A stretch of DNA of 64,000 nucleotides from Candidatus Poriferihabitaceae bacterium. Lineage in GTDB: Bacteria > Pseudomonadota > Gammaproteobacteria > Arenicellales > Poriferihabitantaceae. The notes under the pieces are model-generated. The model made no database searches, was not told the DNA's origin, and saw nothing but the letters and a program-made list of their open reading frames with translations. The stretch is taken from NCBI GenBank assembly GCA_965204165.1, contig OZ241969.1:888735-952734 (forward strand), read 5' to 3'. The translations under genes were made by a program, and so were the position numbers. Shown piece after piece: positions 17,492-27,299 of the stretch. Position 1 is the first letter of the stretch, and every line of letters begins with the position of its first letter.

Positions 17492-17773
17492 CTTGCGTAT
17501 GTCCGTCTGATGGTCTTGTGACGGGATTTATACCAGTACCCGGGGGAAAAGTCCAGTGTTTGGGGTAAGTCCTTTGACCGGAAGAAAAAACTCTGCAGAA
17601 AAGAATTACCCTGTCCATGGCCCGCCGTGAACTGGAAAGGCCATGTTATACAAGGCGTTGGCTGGGTCTGTGGGCATGCGCCTGTTCAACGTGGGCGAGA
17701 GCGATGGTCGGGGACAGGAGTTGACGTGTCACGAGCTGCTCGGAGAACTTCGCTTCGCCCAAAAGCGGAATCC

Positions 17774-17933
17774 CCGGAATCCACACTATTTTCCAGTGAT
17801 TCGAACACAATTTTCTCATGATAACTTTGCTATAAATCCGGCTAATGGTCATATAAGTACCCTGTAGCTCGGTGGTTCCTTCTCATGACACCGAGCCATT
17901 GATAACACCCGGACTTCGGTCCGGGCATTTTTT
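17774..17933 (+). other. repeated noncoding element, intact copy (61-nt box, about 75-nt variable middle, UUCG hairpin terminator); candidate sRNA or leader
   Basis: The 5' box matches 10974-11034. The 3' hairpin CCCGGAC-TTCG-GTCCGGG followed by CATTTTTTG matches 12896-12919. The middle is alignable but diverged. No ORF spans it. Confidence 0.4.
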
Positions 17934-18723
17934 GTGCTGAGCATGGATGACAGATTGGAAGTGAGGTTCTCTATCCAGCCCTGTGGCGGCGAATGGACAG
18001 TGAAGCGAAAGGACGCGTCGCGACGCATCGTCTGAAGTAAGCGTGTAACAAAGCTGCGATTCGATGAACAGGCACAGGATACGAGGCCTGCCCGGCAGGA
18101 CGAGCGGGCATATGGCCGCGAAGTTCACGGCCATGAAGGGCCAGGGCGTTAGATTCGGTGGTTGTGCAGCGAAGGCGGCCAGTCTTGCCTCGGGAGGTCT
18201 GTGTCGTGTCCGGGAACCCCGGACTGATCGGGTGGTAAGGTTTGTGATCGCGGCATGGATGCCGACGGAGGGCATAGTAACCGGATATCCGGCGAAGGCT
18301 CGAACGGCGGAGAGGGTCATCAGGGCGGCAGGCTCGTGAGTGCAGAGCGGCGGAATATCCATCTGGAGTTGGCTTTGGGACCGGTGGCGATGGTTGAAGC
18401 CCGGAGCGACGGTGGCCAAGGGAGCGGAGTACGCATGGCGCGTACCGACACCGAACGCCTTCTTTCATTGCCAGTTCGGGTTCGTCTCTTGAAAAGCCTC
18501 GGGTCGCTAAATCCGTCAACCGCCGTGTACGGATCCGTATTCGTATACGGTGGTGTAGGGGGGCGGAAAGAATAGGGCCAGGAAGTATGGGACCGGTAAT
18601 TAAGGAGCCGGTAAGTATGGAGCTGGAAAAAACCAGATTCGCACTTGCCGGAGGGGGGAATGATGTCTCTGCGGGACATGCCAATATCCAACAGACCCCG
18701 GAATCCGATGGAGGATGGGATCT

Positions 18724-19443
18724 ATGACCCCTTGGTTGGCCCAGCCCTGGTTTCAGCCGGACGGTTCCAGTGAGGAGGTGATGCGCGGGCTCCGCCGCAT
18801 GGCATGGGACCTTGGCGTGGATCATTTCTTCTTCGTCATGCCGCGGGGGGCTGATGGCCTGCCCCGGAACGGGGACGAGCCGGTTTCCCTGTCGAATCTT
18901 CCCCGCCGGTGGCGGGACCGGTACGCGGAACGGGAGTACCACCGGCTTGACCCGGTACTCCAGCTGGCGTCGCGGAAGGTCCGGCCCTTCTACTGGTGGT
19001 GGGAGGAATTTCCGCGCTCCCTGCCGAAGGCGCAGCGCCGGGTGCTGGTGGAAGCCGGACAATACGGCCTTCTCAACGGCCTGGCGATCCCGGTGCGTGG
19101 GACGCACGGCTCGTTCGGCGTGCTCGGCCTCGTGGATGCCGACGCCGCGCGGCTGCGCTCGGCGACCCTGAATGAGCACGGGCGTCTCTGGGCGGTGGCG
19201 CTGGACGTGCACGACTTCCTGCTCGGGCAAGCTACAGGCCCGAATCCGGTCCCGAATCTCAGTGAGCGGGAGCGGGTGTGTCTTGCGCTGACCCTGGAGG
19301 GTTATGAAGCGTCCCGGGTATCCGCCGAAATTGGCTTGTCGAAATTTTCGGTGAATAAGTACGTGTCCAGCGCGCAGCGCAAGCTGGGTTGTGGGAACAA
19401 GTTCGAGGCGGCGATGCAGGCCATGCGCCTGGGATTGTTGTGA
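18724..19443 (+). CDS. LuxR-family regulator (autoinducer-binding-type N domain plus HTH)
   Basis: The C-terminal LSERERVCLALTLEGYEASRVSAEIGLSKFSVNKYVSSAQRKLGCGNKFEAAMQA is a LuxR/GerE HTH. The N domain has the Y..DP... and W motifs of AHL-type receptors. GGAGGA SD sits 8 nt before ATG 18724 (alternative start 18715). No luxI is visible. Confidence 0.8.
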   Translation: MTPWLAQPWFQPDGSSEEVMRGLRRMAWDLGVDHFFFVMPRGADGLPRNGDEPVSLSNLPRRWRDRYAEREYHRLDPVLQLASRKVRPFYWWWEEFPRSLPKAQRRVLVEAGQYGLLNGLAIPVRGTHGSFGVLGLVDADAARLRSATLNEHGRLWAVALDVHDFLLGQATGPNPVPNLSERERVCLALTLEGYEASRVSAEIGLSKFSVNKYVSSAQRKLGCGNKFEAAMQAMRLGLL

Positions 19444-19637
19444 GGACGGCCCCGGGAAGTTCCCGGGACAATCCGGGAACGTGGTCCTTCCGGATTGCCA
19501 CCGCTTTCAATGTTGCAGGGGCAAAGTCCGACCCATGCGGCGCAATAGTGAAGCAAGGAGCCCGGATTGTCGGGGCCGAATTCGATCAGCATGGCTGGTC
19601 CAGAGTTGTTACAGGCATTTTGCCGACTGTGATCTTC

Positions 19638-19667
19638 ATCAGGCAACGTCCAATGAACGTGCCTGAT
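19638..19667. promoter_or_regulatory. imperfect palindrome upstream of autotransporter 3 (candidate LuxR-type box)
   Basis: ATCAGGCAACGT-N7-ACGTGCCTGAT, one base short of perfect dyad symmetry, about 30 nt upstream of the AAGGAG SD and ATG 19700. Confidence 0.3.
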
Positions 19668-19699
19668 ATACAGCAAACGAAAACATGATAAAGGAGACT

Positions 19700-22600
19700 A
19701 TGGAAAACGAACCTGAAAGTCGATTTGTTACCGGGCGTGATATAAATTTCTTGAAGGCCAGAGGTGTGACGTGTGCCCGGCGCCTGGCCGGCGCGCAACG
19801 GACGGCCCCACCAGCTTCGTCAGACCCCTCCCGGTTTGACAGGCGCCCCAGGCGCTCGCGCAGCCGTTTTCCCGGTTTCTCCCGTCTCCTCACCGCTCTT
19901 GCGGCACTGGCCGGTGCGCTCACCCTGTTTGCCGCCGCACCGGAGCCGGCGCAGGCGCAATTCGTCCCGCCGCCGGACACCCCGCAAAACGTGAAAGTGA
20001 CAGTGGGAAACGCAAAACTGACGCTGACATGGCAGGCGCCGTCGTCCTGGGGCAGCGGATCGGCGATCGGCTACCAGGTCGACTGGTTTTCCGGTCCTGC
20101 AGCTCCGGCTCATACATCGGCCGAATGGCAAAGGGTCGTCTATAACCAGCAGTTCGAGGCCTCTGCCACCGAGACCAGCTTCACCTTTTCCGGCAACGTT
20201 TACTCCCGCGTCCACGATGGCACGAATTGGGAGCGCGGTCATCACTCGGTCGCCAACGGGAACCAGTATCACCTGCGGTTGCGGGCGGCCAGCACGAAAC
20301 CCGGTGACAACACGGATATTTTGGTAAGCGACTGGGTGACGGTCAGCGGCACGCCGCAGGGGACGCAGCAGACCTGGTCCACGAACGCGAACCTGAGCGC
20401 ACTCACGGTGGGCAGCGCCACGAGTTCGGGCGACCAATACACGGATTTCAGCATCGGGACCTTCGGGGCGACGGTGGCGAGCTACACGGCGTCGGTGGCG
20501 AACGACCAGACGCATGTGAAGGTGACGCCGACGGTTGCGGACACCGGCGCCACGGTGGGGGTGCGCAAGGGGACGTCGGGGAATTTCGATTCGGTGACGA
20601 GCGGCCAGGCGAGCGGCGCCATCGCGCTCGACGTGGGGGCGAACACGCTCGTGGTGCGGGTGACGGCCGAGGACGGGTCGACCAAGGACTACACGGTCAC
20701 GGTGACGCGGCGGCAGGCGCAGCAGACCTGGTCCACGAACGCGAACCTGAGCGCGCTCACGACGGGCAGCGCCACGAGTTCGGGCGGCCAATACACGGAT
20801 TTCAGCATCGGGACCTTCGGGGCGACGGTGACGAGCTACACGGCGTCGGTGGCGAACGACCAGACGCATGTGAAGGTGACGCCGACGGTTGCGGACACCG
20901 GCGCCACGGTGGGGGTGCGCAAGGGGACGTCGGGGAATTTCGATTCGGTGACGAGCGGCCAGGCGAGCGCGGCGATCGCGCTCGACGTGGGGGCGAACAC
21001 GCTCGTGGTGCGGGTGACGGCCGAGGACGGGTCGACCAAGGACTACACGGTCACGGTGACGCGGCGGCAGGCGCAGCAGGCTCGGTCCACGAACGCAAAC
21101 CTGAGCGCGCTCACGGCGAGCACGTCCACGAGTTCCGGAGGCACGTTCAACGGGTTGACGCTGACGCCGTCGAGCTTCTCGGCTTCGAGGACGAGCTACA
21201 CGGCATCGGTTTCGAACACGCAGACATATTTGAAGCTGACGCCGACGGTTGCGGACACGGGCAAGGCTACCGTGACCGTGCAGGGCACTTCGGTGACAAG
21301 CGGCACGGAGAGCGGAGAGATCCTGCTCAGCGTTGGGTCGAACACGCTCACGGTTCGGGTGATGGCCGAGGACGGGTCGACGGTGAAGGACTACACGGTC
21401 ACCGTCACGCGGAGAGCGGCGCAGCAGGCCCGGTCCACGAACGCAAACCTGAGCGCGCTCACGGCGAGCACGTCCACGAGTTCCGGAGGCACGTTCAACG
21501 GGTTGACGCTGACGCCGTCGAGCTTCTCGGCTTCGAGGACGAGCTACACGGCGTCGGTTTCGAACACGCAGACATATTTGAAGCTGACGCCGACGGTTGC
21601 GGACACGGGCAAGGCGACGGTTGGGGTGCGCAAGGGGAGCGGGGGCAGTTTCATGCCGGTAACGAGCGGCAGCGCGAGCGGAGCGTTCGCGCTGGACGTG
21701 GGCGCGAACCCGATCACGGTGCGGGTGACGGCCGAGGACGGGTCGACGACGAAGGACTACTCTGTCGCCGTCACGCGGCAGGCGCAGCAGGGCCCCGCCC
21801 CCACGGTGATGCTGTCGGCCGCGCCGAACCCGGTAGACGAAGGTTCCTCGGTGACGGTGACTGCGACGTTGTCCGCGGCCCTTTCGAGCCAGGTGACGAT
21901 ACCGCTGACGATCGCCGACGATACGGCCGAGCCCGAGGATCACGGGACGCTGACGGGCATCGCGATTGCCTCCGGCGCGACCAGCGGCACGGGGACGATC
22001 ACCACGGCGCAGGACGCCGACACCGAGGACGAGACCTTCACGGTGGCGCTGGACGCGGCGAACCTGCCGGCGGGGCTGCGTGCGGGCGTTCCGGCCTCGG
22101 TGGAGGTGACGATCCGCGAGGGCGAGGTTCCTGCGGACACGTCCACGAACGGCGTTGCGCCGGATCCACGACGCGGGGCGGTTCAGGACGCGGTGAAGCG
22201 TGCGCTGGCGGCGTCGGCCAGGCGTGCGATGTCGAGCGCGCTGGAGAACATCGGTGCGCGGTTCGGCGACATTGGCGCGAGCGGGCTATCGCTGGCGGGC
22301 CGGTGGGTGCCTCTGGAGGGCGGCGCCGCGAAGGCGGCCCTGTATGGAGGCGGCGGGTCCGGGTTCTGCGCGGCAGCGGGGTCCCCCGGCTGCGCGGCGG
22401 GATGGAGCCGTTCGATGACGGCGGGCGAGCTGTTGGGGGCGAGCGCGTTCTCGCTGCACCTGGGCGCGTCGGAGGGTGCGGAAAACGCGAATGGCGCCGT
22501 TCCGCCGGGGCCGCTGTGGTCGGTGTGGGGCCGCGGGGATCTCGGGACCTTCGAGGGCCGTGGGGACCCCGGCCTTGGCTACGACGGGAAGCTGCGCACG

Positions 22601-23605
22601 GGCTGGGTCGGGTTTGACGCGCGGGCCGGGACCTGGGTGGCGGGCCTGGCGGTGAGCCACGGGGCGGGGGAGGCGGACTATGCATTCGCCGATGACGGCC
22701 TGCCGGGGGGTCGCCTGGAGACGGAGCTGACGTCGTTCTATCCCTACGGGCGGTGGACGCTGGGCGACGGCCTGGAGTTGCGCACGGTGGCGGGCGCGGG
22801 CTGGGGCGAGGCGGAGCACGGGCCGGCGGGCGCGGCGCGGGAGTCCGGGGACCTGACGATGCGGATGGCGTCGCTGGGGGTCAGGCGTGCGCTTGCGGAT
22901 GTCGGCGGGATGGAGATCGCGCTGCGCGCGGACGGGAGCGTGACGCGGATCGGGACCGACGGCGGTCCGGACGCGATCCACGGCCTGACGGCGGACGGCT
23001 GGCGGCTGCGCGCGGGCGTGGAGGCGTCGCGGCGCCTTGCGCTGAGGGGCGGGCGGATCCTGGAGCCGTTCCTGGAGGCGGCGGTCCGGCGTGACGGCGG
23101 CGACGGTCTTGAGGGCAGCGGGGTGGAGCTTGCCGGCGGGGTGCGCTATGTGGCGCCGGGTGTGTCGGTGGAGGCGCGCGGGCGCTGGCTTGCGGCGCAC
23201 AGCGAAGACGGGGCGGAGGAGACGGGGGTGAGCGTGACGGCCCGGGCCGGTCCGGGTTCGGACGGGCGGGGGCTGTTCGTGGCGCTGAGTCCGCGCTGGG
23301 GCGCGGGGACGGGCGGCGCCGTGGCGCTGTGGGGCGCCGGGCTGCCGCGGCCGTCGGGTTCGGGCGGCGGGGGCGTCCTGGACGCGCGGGTGGGCTACGG
23401 GATCGCGTTGCGCGACGGGGCGGGTCTGCTGACGCCGTTCGCGGAGGCGGGTCTCGGGGACGGCGAGAGCCGTCGCCTGCGTCTCGGGACGGGGTTCGAG
23501 AGGCGGCGCACGGGCCTTCGGCTGGAGGTTGCGGGCGAGCGCCGCGAGGACGCGTCGGCGGAGCCGGAGCATGCGCTCCGGCTGGACCTGGGGCTGCGGT
23601 TCTGA
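19700..23605 (+). CDS. giant autotransporter-like surface protein 3 (FN3, 4 tandem cadherin-like domains, Calx-like domain, beta-barrel)
   Basis: ATG 19700 follows AAGGAG. The leader RFPGFSRLLTALAALAGALTLFAAAPEPAQA is signal-peptide-like. FN3-like KLTLTWQAPSSWGSGSAIGYQVDW. Four 116-118 aa repeats. C-terminal beta-domain ending LDLGLRF. Confidence 0.85.
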   Translation: MENEPESRFVTGRDINFLKARGVTCARRLAGAQRTAPPASSDPSRFDRRPRRSRSRFPGFSRLLTALAALAGALTLFAAAPEPAQAQFVPPPDTPQNVKVTVGNAKLTLTWQAPSSWGSGSAIGYQVDWFSGPAAPAHTSAEWQRVVYNQQFEASATETSFTFSGNVYSRVHDGTNWERGHHSVANGNQYHLRLRAASTKPGDNTDILVSDWVTVSGTPQGTQQTWSTNANLSALTVGSATSSGDQYTDFSIGTFGATVASYTASVANDQTHVKVTPTVADTGATVGVRKGTSGNFDSVTSGQASGAIALDVGANTLVVRVTAEDGSTKDYTVTVTRRQAQQTWSTNANLSALTTGSATSSGGQYTDFSIGTFGATVTSYTASVANDQTHVKVTPTVADTGATVGVRKGTSGNFDSVTSGQASAAIALDVGANTLVVRVTAEDGSTKDYTVTVTRRQAQQARSTNANLSALTASTSTSSGGTFNGLTLTPSSFSASRTSYTASVSNTQTYLKLTPTVADTGKATVTVQGTSVTSGTESGEILLSVGSNTLTVRVMAEDGSTVKDYTVTVTRRAAQQARSTNANLSALTASTSTSSGGTFNGLTLTPSSFSASRTSYTASVSNTQTYLKLTPTVADTGKATVGVRKGSGGSFMPVTSGSASGAFALDVGANPITVRVTAEDGSTTKDYSVAVTRQAQQGPAPTVMLSAAPNPVDEGSSVTVTATLSAALSSQVTIPLTIADDTAEPEDHGTLTGIAIASGATSGTGTITTAQDADTEDETFTVALDAANLPAGLRAGVPASVEVTIREGEVPADTSTNGVAPDPRRGAVQDAVKRALAASARRAMSSALENIGARFGDIGASGLSLAGRWVPLEGGAAKAALYGGGGSGFCAAAGSPGCAAGWSRSMTAGELLGASAFSLHLGASEGAENANGAVPPGPLWSVWGRGDLGTFEGRGDPGLGYDGKLRTGWVGFDARAGTWVAGLAVSHGAGEADYAFADDGLPGGRLETELTSFYPYGRWTLGDGLELRTVAGAGWGEAEHGPAGAARESGDLTMRMASLGVRRALADVGGMEIALRADGSVTRIGTDGGPDAIHGLTADGWRLRAGVEASRRLALRGGRILEPFLEAAVRRDGGDGLEGSGVELAGGVRYVAPGVSVEARGRWLAAHSEDGAEETGVSVTARAGPGSDGRGLFVALSPRWGAGTGGAVALWGAGLPRPSGSGGGGVLDARVGYGIALRDGAGLLTPFAEAGLGDGESRRLRLGTGFERRRTGLRLEVAGERREDASAEPEHALRLDLGLRF
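20366..21790 (+). repeat. four tandem 348-354 bp coding repeats (cadherin-like beta-sandwich units)
   Basis: Unit starts (CAGCAG) at 20366, 20720, 21074 and 21422. Units 1 and 2 are nearly identical. Units 3 and 4 are nearly identical in the first half. The second half of unit 4 resembles units 1 and 2. Confidence 0.9.
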
Positions 23606-23615
23606 GGAGGTCGAG

Positions 23616-24545
23616 ATGGAGATGACGATGAAGATGACGATGAAGATGACGATGAAGATGAAAATGACGGCGGTCCCGGACGGGTTCCTGAAAGCGGTTT
23701 GGGTTGGGTGGATGCTGGCGCTGCTGTCGGCCTGCGGCGGAGGCGGGGGAGGCGGCACGCCGCCGCCCGTCGTCCCGGGCGATCCGCCGCCCGGCGACCC
23801 CCCTGCGCCGGTCGCCGCGGCGCCGCTGGCGACGGGGCTGTATTTCGATTACACGCTCGAGCGGGGCGGCGGGGAGCCGATCGAAGAGGCCGGGTCGGTG
23901 GGTCTCGGCTGTCCCGGCGCGGGCTGCCCGGCGGAGGACCTGCGGGAACTCGCGGGCCGGGAGGGCACGGGCATGCGGGGCGGGTTCGCGACGGCGGCCG
24001 GCACGACCGGCGGGCCGCCGCTGACGCGGGCCTTCGCCGGTGCGTCGGCGACGGTCTCCGATGCGGTGTTCAGGCGCTACGGTTTCTGGGGCGAACACGG
24101 CTACGCGGCGGTGGAGATCGGCGCGGGAGACCTGTCGGCCACGGCCGAAGGGCGGACGTGGAGCGGCACGTTCGAGGCAGCGCACGCCTGGACGGCGGGC
24201 GAGGCGTCGGGAACGAACCCGGCGGGCACGGGGGGCGCGGTGTGGCGCGGCATTGCCGAGGCGGCGGAGACCGGCACGTTCGAACGCCTCGGGGGCACCG
24301 CGGAACTCGGCATCGCGGACCTGTCGCGGCCCCTGGTGGACGTCGACATCGATCTCGACGACGGCGGCGACGGCGTGGCGCTGCGGTGGGAAGGCATCGA
24401 GCCCGCGGCCGGGGCCTTCGGTTCCGGCGCCGCGGGCACGGATCGCATCGACGGCCGGTTCCACGGTCCGGGCCACGAGGAGGCCTTCGGCACCTTCGAC
24501 ACCGGGGCGTATGTCGGCGCCTTCGGCGCGAAGCGGGTACCGTAG
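23616..24545 (+). CDS. lipoprotein with TbpB/fHbp-like C-terminal beta-barrel motif
   Basis: GAGGAGG SD, with ATG 10 nt after the autotransporter stop. Lipobox LLSAC followed by a poly-Gly/Pro linker. The C-terminus RIDGRFHGPGHEEAFGTFDTGAYVGAFGAKR resembles the G.F.G..a.E..G.F....GAFGA.R ending of transferrin-binding-protein-B-type lipoproteins (from memory). Confidence 0.7.
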   Translation: MEMTMKMTMKMTMKMKMTAVPDGFLKAVWVGWMLALLSACGGGGGGGTPPPVVPGDPPPGDPPAPVAAAPLATGLYFDYTLERGGGEPIEEAGSVGLGCPGAGCPAEDLRELAGREGTGMRGGFATAAGTTGGPPLTRAFAGASATVSDAVFRRYGFWGEHGYAAVEIGAGDLSATAEGRTWSGTFEAAHAWTAGEASGTNPAGTGGAVWRGIAEAAETGTFERLGGTAELGIADLSRPLVDVDIDLDDGGDGVALRWEGIEPAAGAFGSGAAGTDRIDGRFHGPGHEEAFGTFDTGAYVGAFGAKRVP

Positions 24546-24764
24546 CAGAACCGGGCTGTGGATCTGAAGTGGCTGCGGCCATTGTATGGGTTTTCTCCAG
24601 CGAATGGGGGGAGCAATCGTGCCGGAAGTCCTGGACGTCCGTCGTCCGTCACGGCAGACTGGGTGACGGGATATCGGAACCGACTCCGGCGGCGACCTCG
24701 ACCGGGGATGGCCGGCGTCATGCCGGTGTTGCGGACCGCATTATCCGGGCGAGGGAGTAAGAGC

Positions 24765-24974
24765 ATGAGAAACGTGGCAGTCCCGTCGCTCGCAGCATTC
24801 GTCCTGCTGGTGAGTTCGTCGGTTTGTGCGGACGACCGGAACACCGCAATCGAGGTGACGGACCGTCCCACGCTGAGGGAATTTGTCGAAGGCGCGAAAG
24901 ACTATCTGGAAGGTGTCACGACGCTCTCGGAGACGGCGCGGCTGCGCGGTATCTTTCGAACCGAGATCACGTGA
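24765..24974 (+). pseudogene. short secreted-protein ORF ending at the RIT insertion point (possible N-terminal gene fragment)
   Basis: MRNVAVPSLAAFVLLVSSSVCADD... signal-peptide-like start. The reading frame ends exactly where the RIT terminal repeat begins. Confidence 0.35.
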
Positions 24975-25122
24975 TGCCAAATAATGCAGCGGACCAAATA
25001 ATGCAGCGGACGGATCCTGAAACCCCGAAAGACAAGGCGATCCGGAATTTGTCCGCTGCATAATTTTCTGAACGGCCCTGGTTTGGGATAGTCGTGTTTC
25101 CACTTGATTTGGAGAAACGACC

Positions 25123-26349
25123 ATGTTCGAGAATCTATTCGTTCGTCCCGAAACCCTGAAACGTTACCGCGCCGCCCCCCTTCTTGAGGAACGGCTGGGT
25201 TACCTCCGTCATTACGCGGAAACGGGAGCCCGTCCGGACACACTGCGCCATATCGCCGGTGAGCAGATCACCCTGGTTCGCCTGCTGGACCTGCGTCAGG
25301 GAGATCAGGTGACCGCAGCCAAGGTCGGGGATGCGGTTGACCGGTCAGGGCTGGAGCCCGCCAGGCGTCAGAGCCTGCTCTGCCGCGCAATGCGATGGCT
25401 GCGTTTCGCCGACATGCTGGAGGAGGAGGAAGCCCAGGAGGTGCCAGGGCATGCGCACACGGAGGAAGTCGCGACCTACGAGGCGTGGATGCGCAATGAG
25501 CGCGGATGGTCGGCAAAGACGATCGAGAAGTACCTCTTTACGGTCAACCGGTTTTTCGACAGGCTGGATGAGCGCGGAGGCGGCCTGGCTTCGGTCGGGT
25601 TCGAAGACATCGACCGGGAGATCGCCTGCTGGCACGCCCGGGGCTGCCGCCGGGTGACGGTTCGTTCATACGCCAATGCACTCCGTCGATTCTTCCGGTT
25701 CGCGGAAAGCCGGGGCTGGTGCCCACAGGGACTGTCCGACGGGATCATGCCGCCGTGCTTCCGTCCCGACGAGAAGATCCCGAAGGGGCTGAAGCGGGAA
25801 GAGGTGGTGCGGCTGCTGGCCTCCACCGAGGGCGACCGGCCGGCAGACGTCCGGGACCGCTCCATCCTGATGCTGCTGGTGGCCTATGGCCTGTGTGCCG
25901 GTGAGGTCGCCGGCCTGCGGCTCGACAATTTCGACTGGAAAAACGAGACGCTCGACGTCCGCTGTCCGAAGGTCGGACGGACACACCGCTATCCGCTGTC
26001 GCGCGGCGTCGGGCAGGCGGTCCTGCGTTATCTGCGGGAGGTTCGGCCCCCGCGCCCGGAGCGAACGGTATACTTCACATTGCAGGCGCCGATCCGTCCG
26101 CTGTGCACCAGAGCCGTATCACATCTCGTGAGAAAGCGCCTCCAACGGCTTGGCATCACCGGCAAACCCTGCGGCCCGCATGCACTGCGCCATGGCGCGG
26201 CACAGCACCTGCTCGACCACGGCCTGTCGTTGAAGGAGGTCGGCGATTATCTCGGCCACCGCAGCACTTCGGCGACGTTGGTTTATGCCAAGGTACAGCT
26301 CAGCGCCCTGCGCGAGGTCGCCGACATCGACCTGGAGGGCCTGGCATGA
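25123..26349 (+). CDS. tyrosine recombinase, RIT subunit A
   Basis: 408 aa. C-terminal HALRHGAAQHLLDHGLSLKEVGDYLGHRSTSATLVYAK (R-H-R-Y family box II). Confidence 0.85.
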   Translation: MFENLFVRPETLKRYRAAPLLEERLGYLRHYAETGARPDTLRHIAGEQITLVRLLDLRQGDQVTAAKVGDAVDRSGLEPARRQSLLCRAMRWLRFADMLEEEEAQEVPGHAHTEEVATYEAWMRNERGWSAKTIEKYLFTVNRFFDRLDERGGGLASVGFEDIDREIACWHARGCRRVTVRSYANALRRFFRFAESRGWCPQGLSDGIMPPCFRPDEKIPKGLKREEVVRLLASTEGDRPADVRDRSILMLLVAYGLCAGEVAGLRLDNFDWKNETLDVRCPKVGRTHRYPLSRGVGQAVLRYLREVRPPRPERTVYFTLQAPIRPLCTRAVSHLVRKRLQRLGITGKPCGPHALRHGAAQHLLDHGLSLKEVGDYLGHRSTSATLVYAKVQLSALREVADIDLEGLA

Positions 26350-27299
26350 TTCTCCGGAAAGCAATCGACGAGTATGTCGCCTGGCGCCGGCATCATGGCG
26401 CGAAGTTCCATACCCAGGCAGGGCGACTGAACTGGTTCGCCAAACATGCCGGCAAGGACATCCATTGTGACGCCGTCGACAGCGCCGACGTGCTCCGCTT
26501 TCTTGCAGGCCGGGGCTCGCTCACCAGGACCCGGGATGGAAAGTACAGCACCCTGGCCGGATTCTACCGGTACGCCATCAGCCGCGGCCATGCCACACGG
26601 TCGCCGTTGCCCCCGCGGGACAGCGAGCCGAGGCCGCCGAAACCGGCATTGCCATACGTCTACTCGCGCGAGGAACTGCTGCGCCTGTTCGGCGCCATCG
26701 AACGTATCTGTGAACACGCACGCAAGCTCGATGCCGCCACCATGCGGGCACTGCTTCTGGTTCTCTATGGCGCGGGCCTGCGGTTTCGCGAGGCGCAGGC
26801 GCTGACGCTTGACGATGTCAACCTGCCGAACGCGGTGCTGACCATACGCGACTCCAAGTTCTACAAATCCCGCCTCGTCCCGATCGGGCCGCAGCTCGTC
26901 GATGCCCTCGGGACCTATGCCGTCAGGCGGGCGGAACGTCCCTTGCCGCATGGCAGGGCCTCGACCTTCCTTGCCTACCCCGATGGCATGCCGGTGCAAT
27001 GGCATGCCGCCAGACTCGCGTTCACCAAAATTCTCCGGGAGGCCGGAATCCATCACGACAGGGGCAGCGGCCGGCAGACGCCGCGCATGCATGCGCTGCG
27101 ACACGCCGCAGCCGTCCACCGCCTGATAGACTGGTACCGTCAGGGCGCCGACGTGCAGCGGTTGCTGCCGGCGCTCTCCACCTGGCTCGGCCATGTCGAT
27201 CTCCACCGCACCCAGGTGTACCTGGCGATGACGCCGGATCTGTTGTACGAGGCCTCGATCCGCTTCGACCGCCATGTCAACGGAGGCCGCGATGAGTAG
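26346..27299 (+). CDS. tyrosine recombinase, RIT subunit B
   Basis: ATGA overlap with the upstream gene. MILRKAIDEYVAWRRHHG...HALRHAAAVHRLIDWYRQGADVQRLLPALSTWLGHVDLHRTQVYL. Confidence 0.85.
   Translation: MILRKAIDEYVAWRRHHGAKFHTQAGRLNWFAKHAGKDIHCDAVDSADVLRFLAGRGSLTRTRDGKYSTLAGFYRYAISRGHATRSPLPPRDSEPRPPKPALPYVYSREELLRLFGAIERICEHARKLDAATMRALLLVLYGAGLRFREAQALTLDDVNLPNAVLTIRDSKFYKSRLVPIGPQLVDALGTYAVRRAERPLPHGRASTFLAYPDGMPVQWHAARLAFTKILREAGIHHDRGSGRQTPRMHALRHAAAVHRLIDWYRQGADVQRLLPALSTWLGHVDLHRTQVYLAMTPDLLYEASIRFDRHVNGGRDE

Noticed and set aside
15660-17620. Attempt to define terminal inverted repeats of the ISAs1-type element.
   Set aside because: I found only a weak direct similarity (GTGTGTTGAGGGG near 15685 against GTGTTTGGGG near 17565). 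This is not convincing, so the element boundaries are not reported.
17883-19230. Minus-strand ORFs of 178 and 419 aa overlapping the luxR region.
   Set aside because: They are antisense to a gene with clear LuxR motifs and have a Pro/Arg-rich composition.
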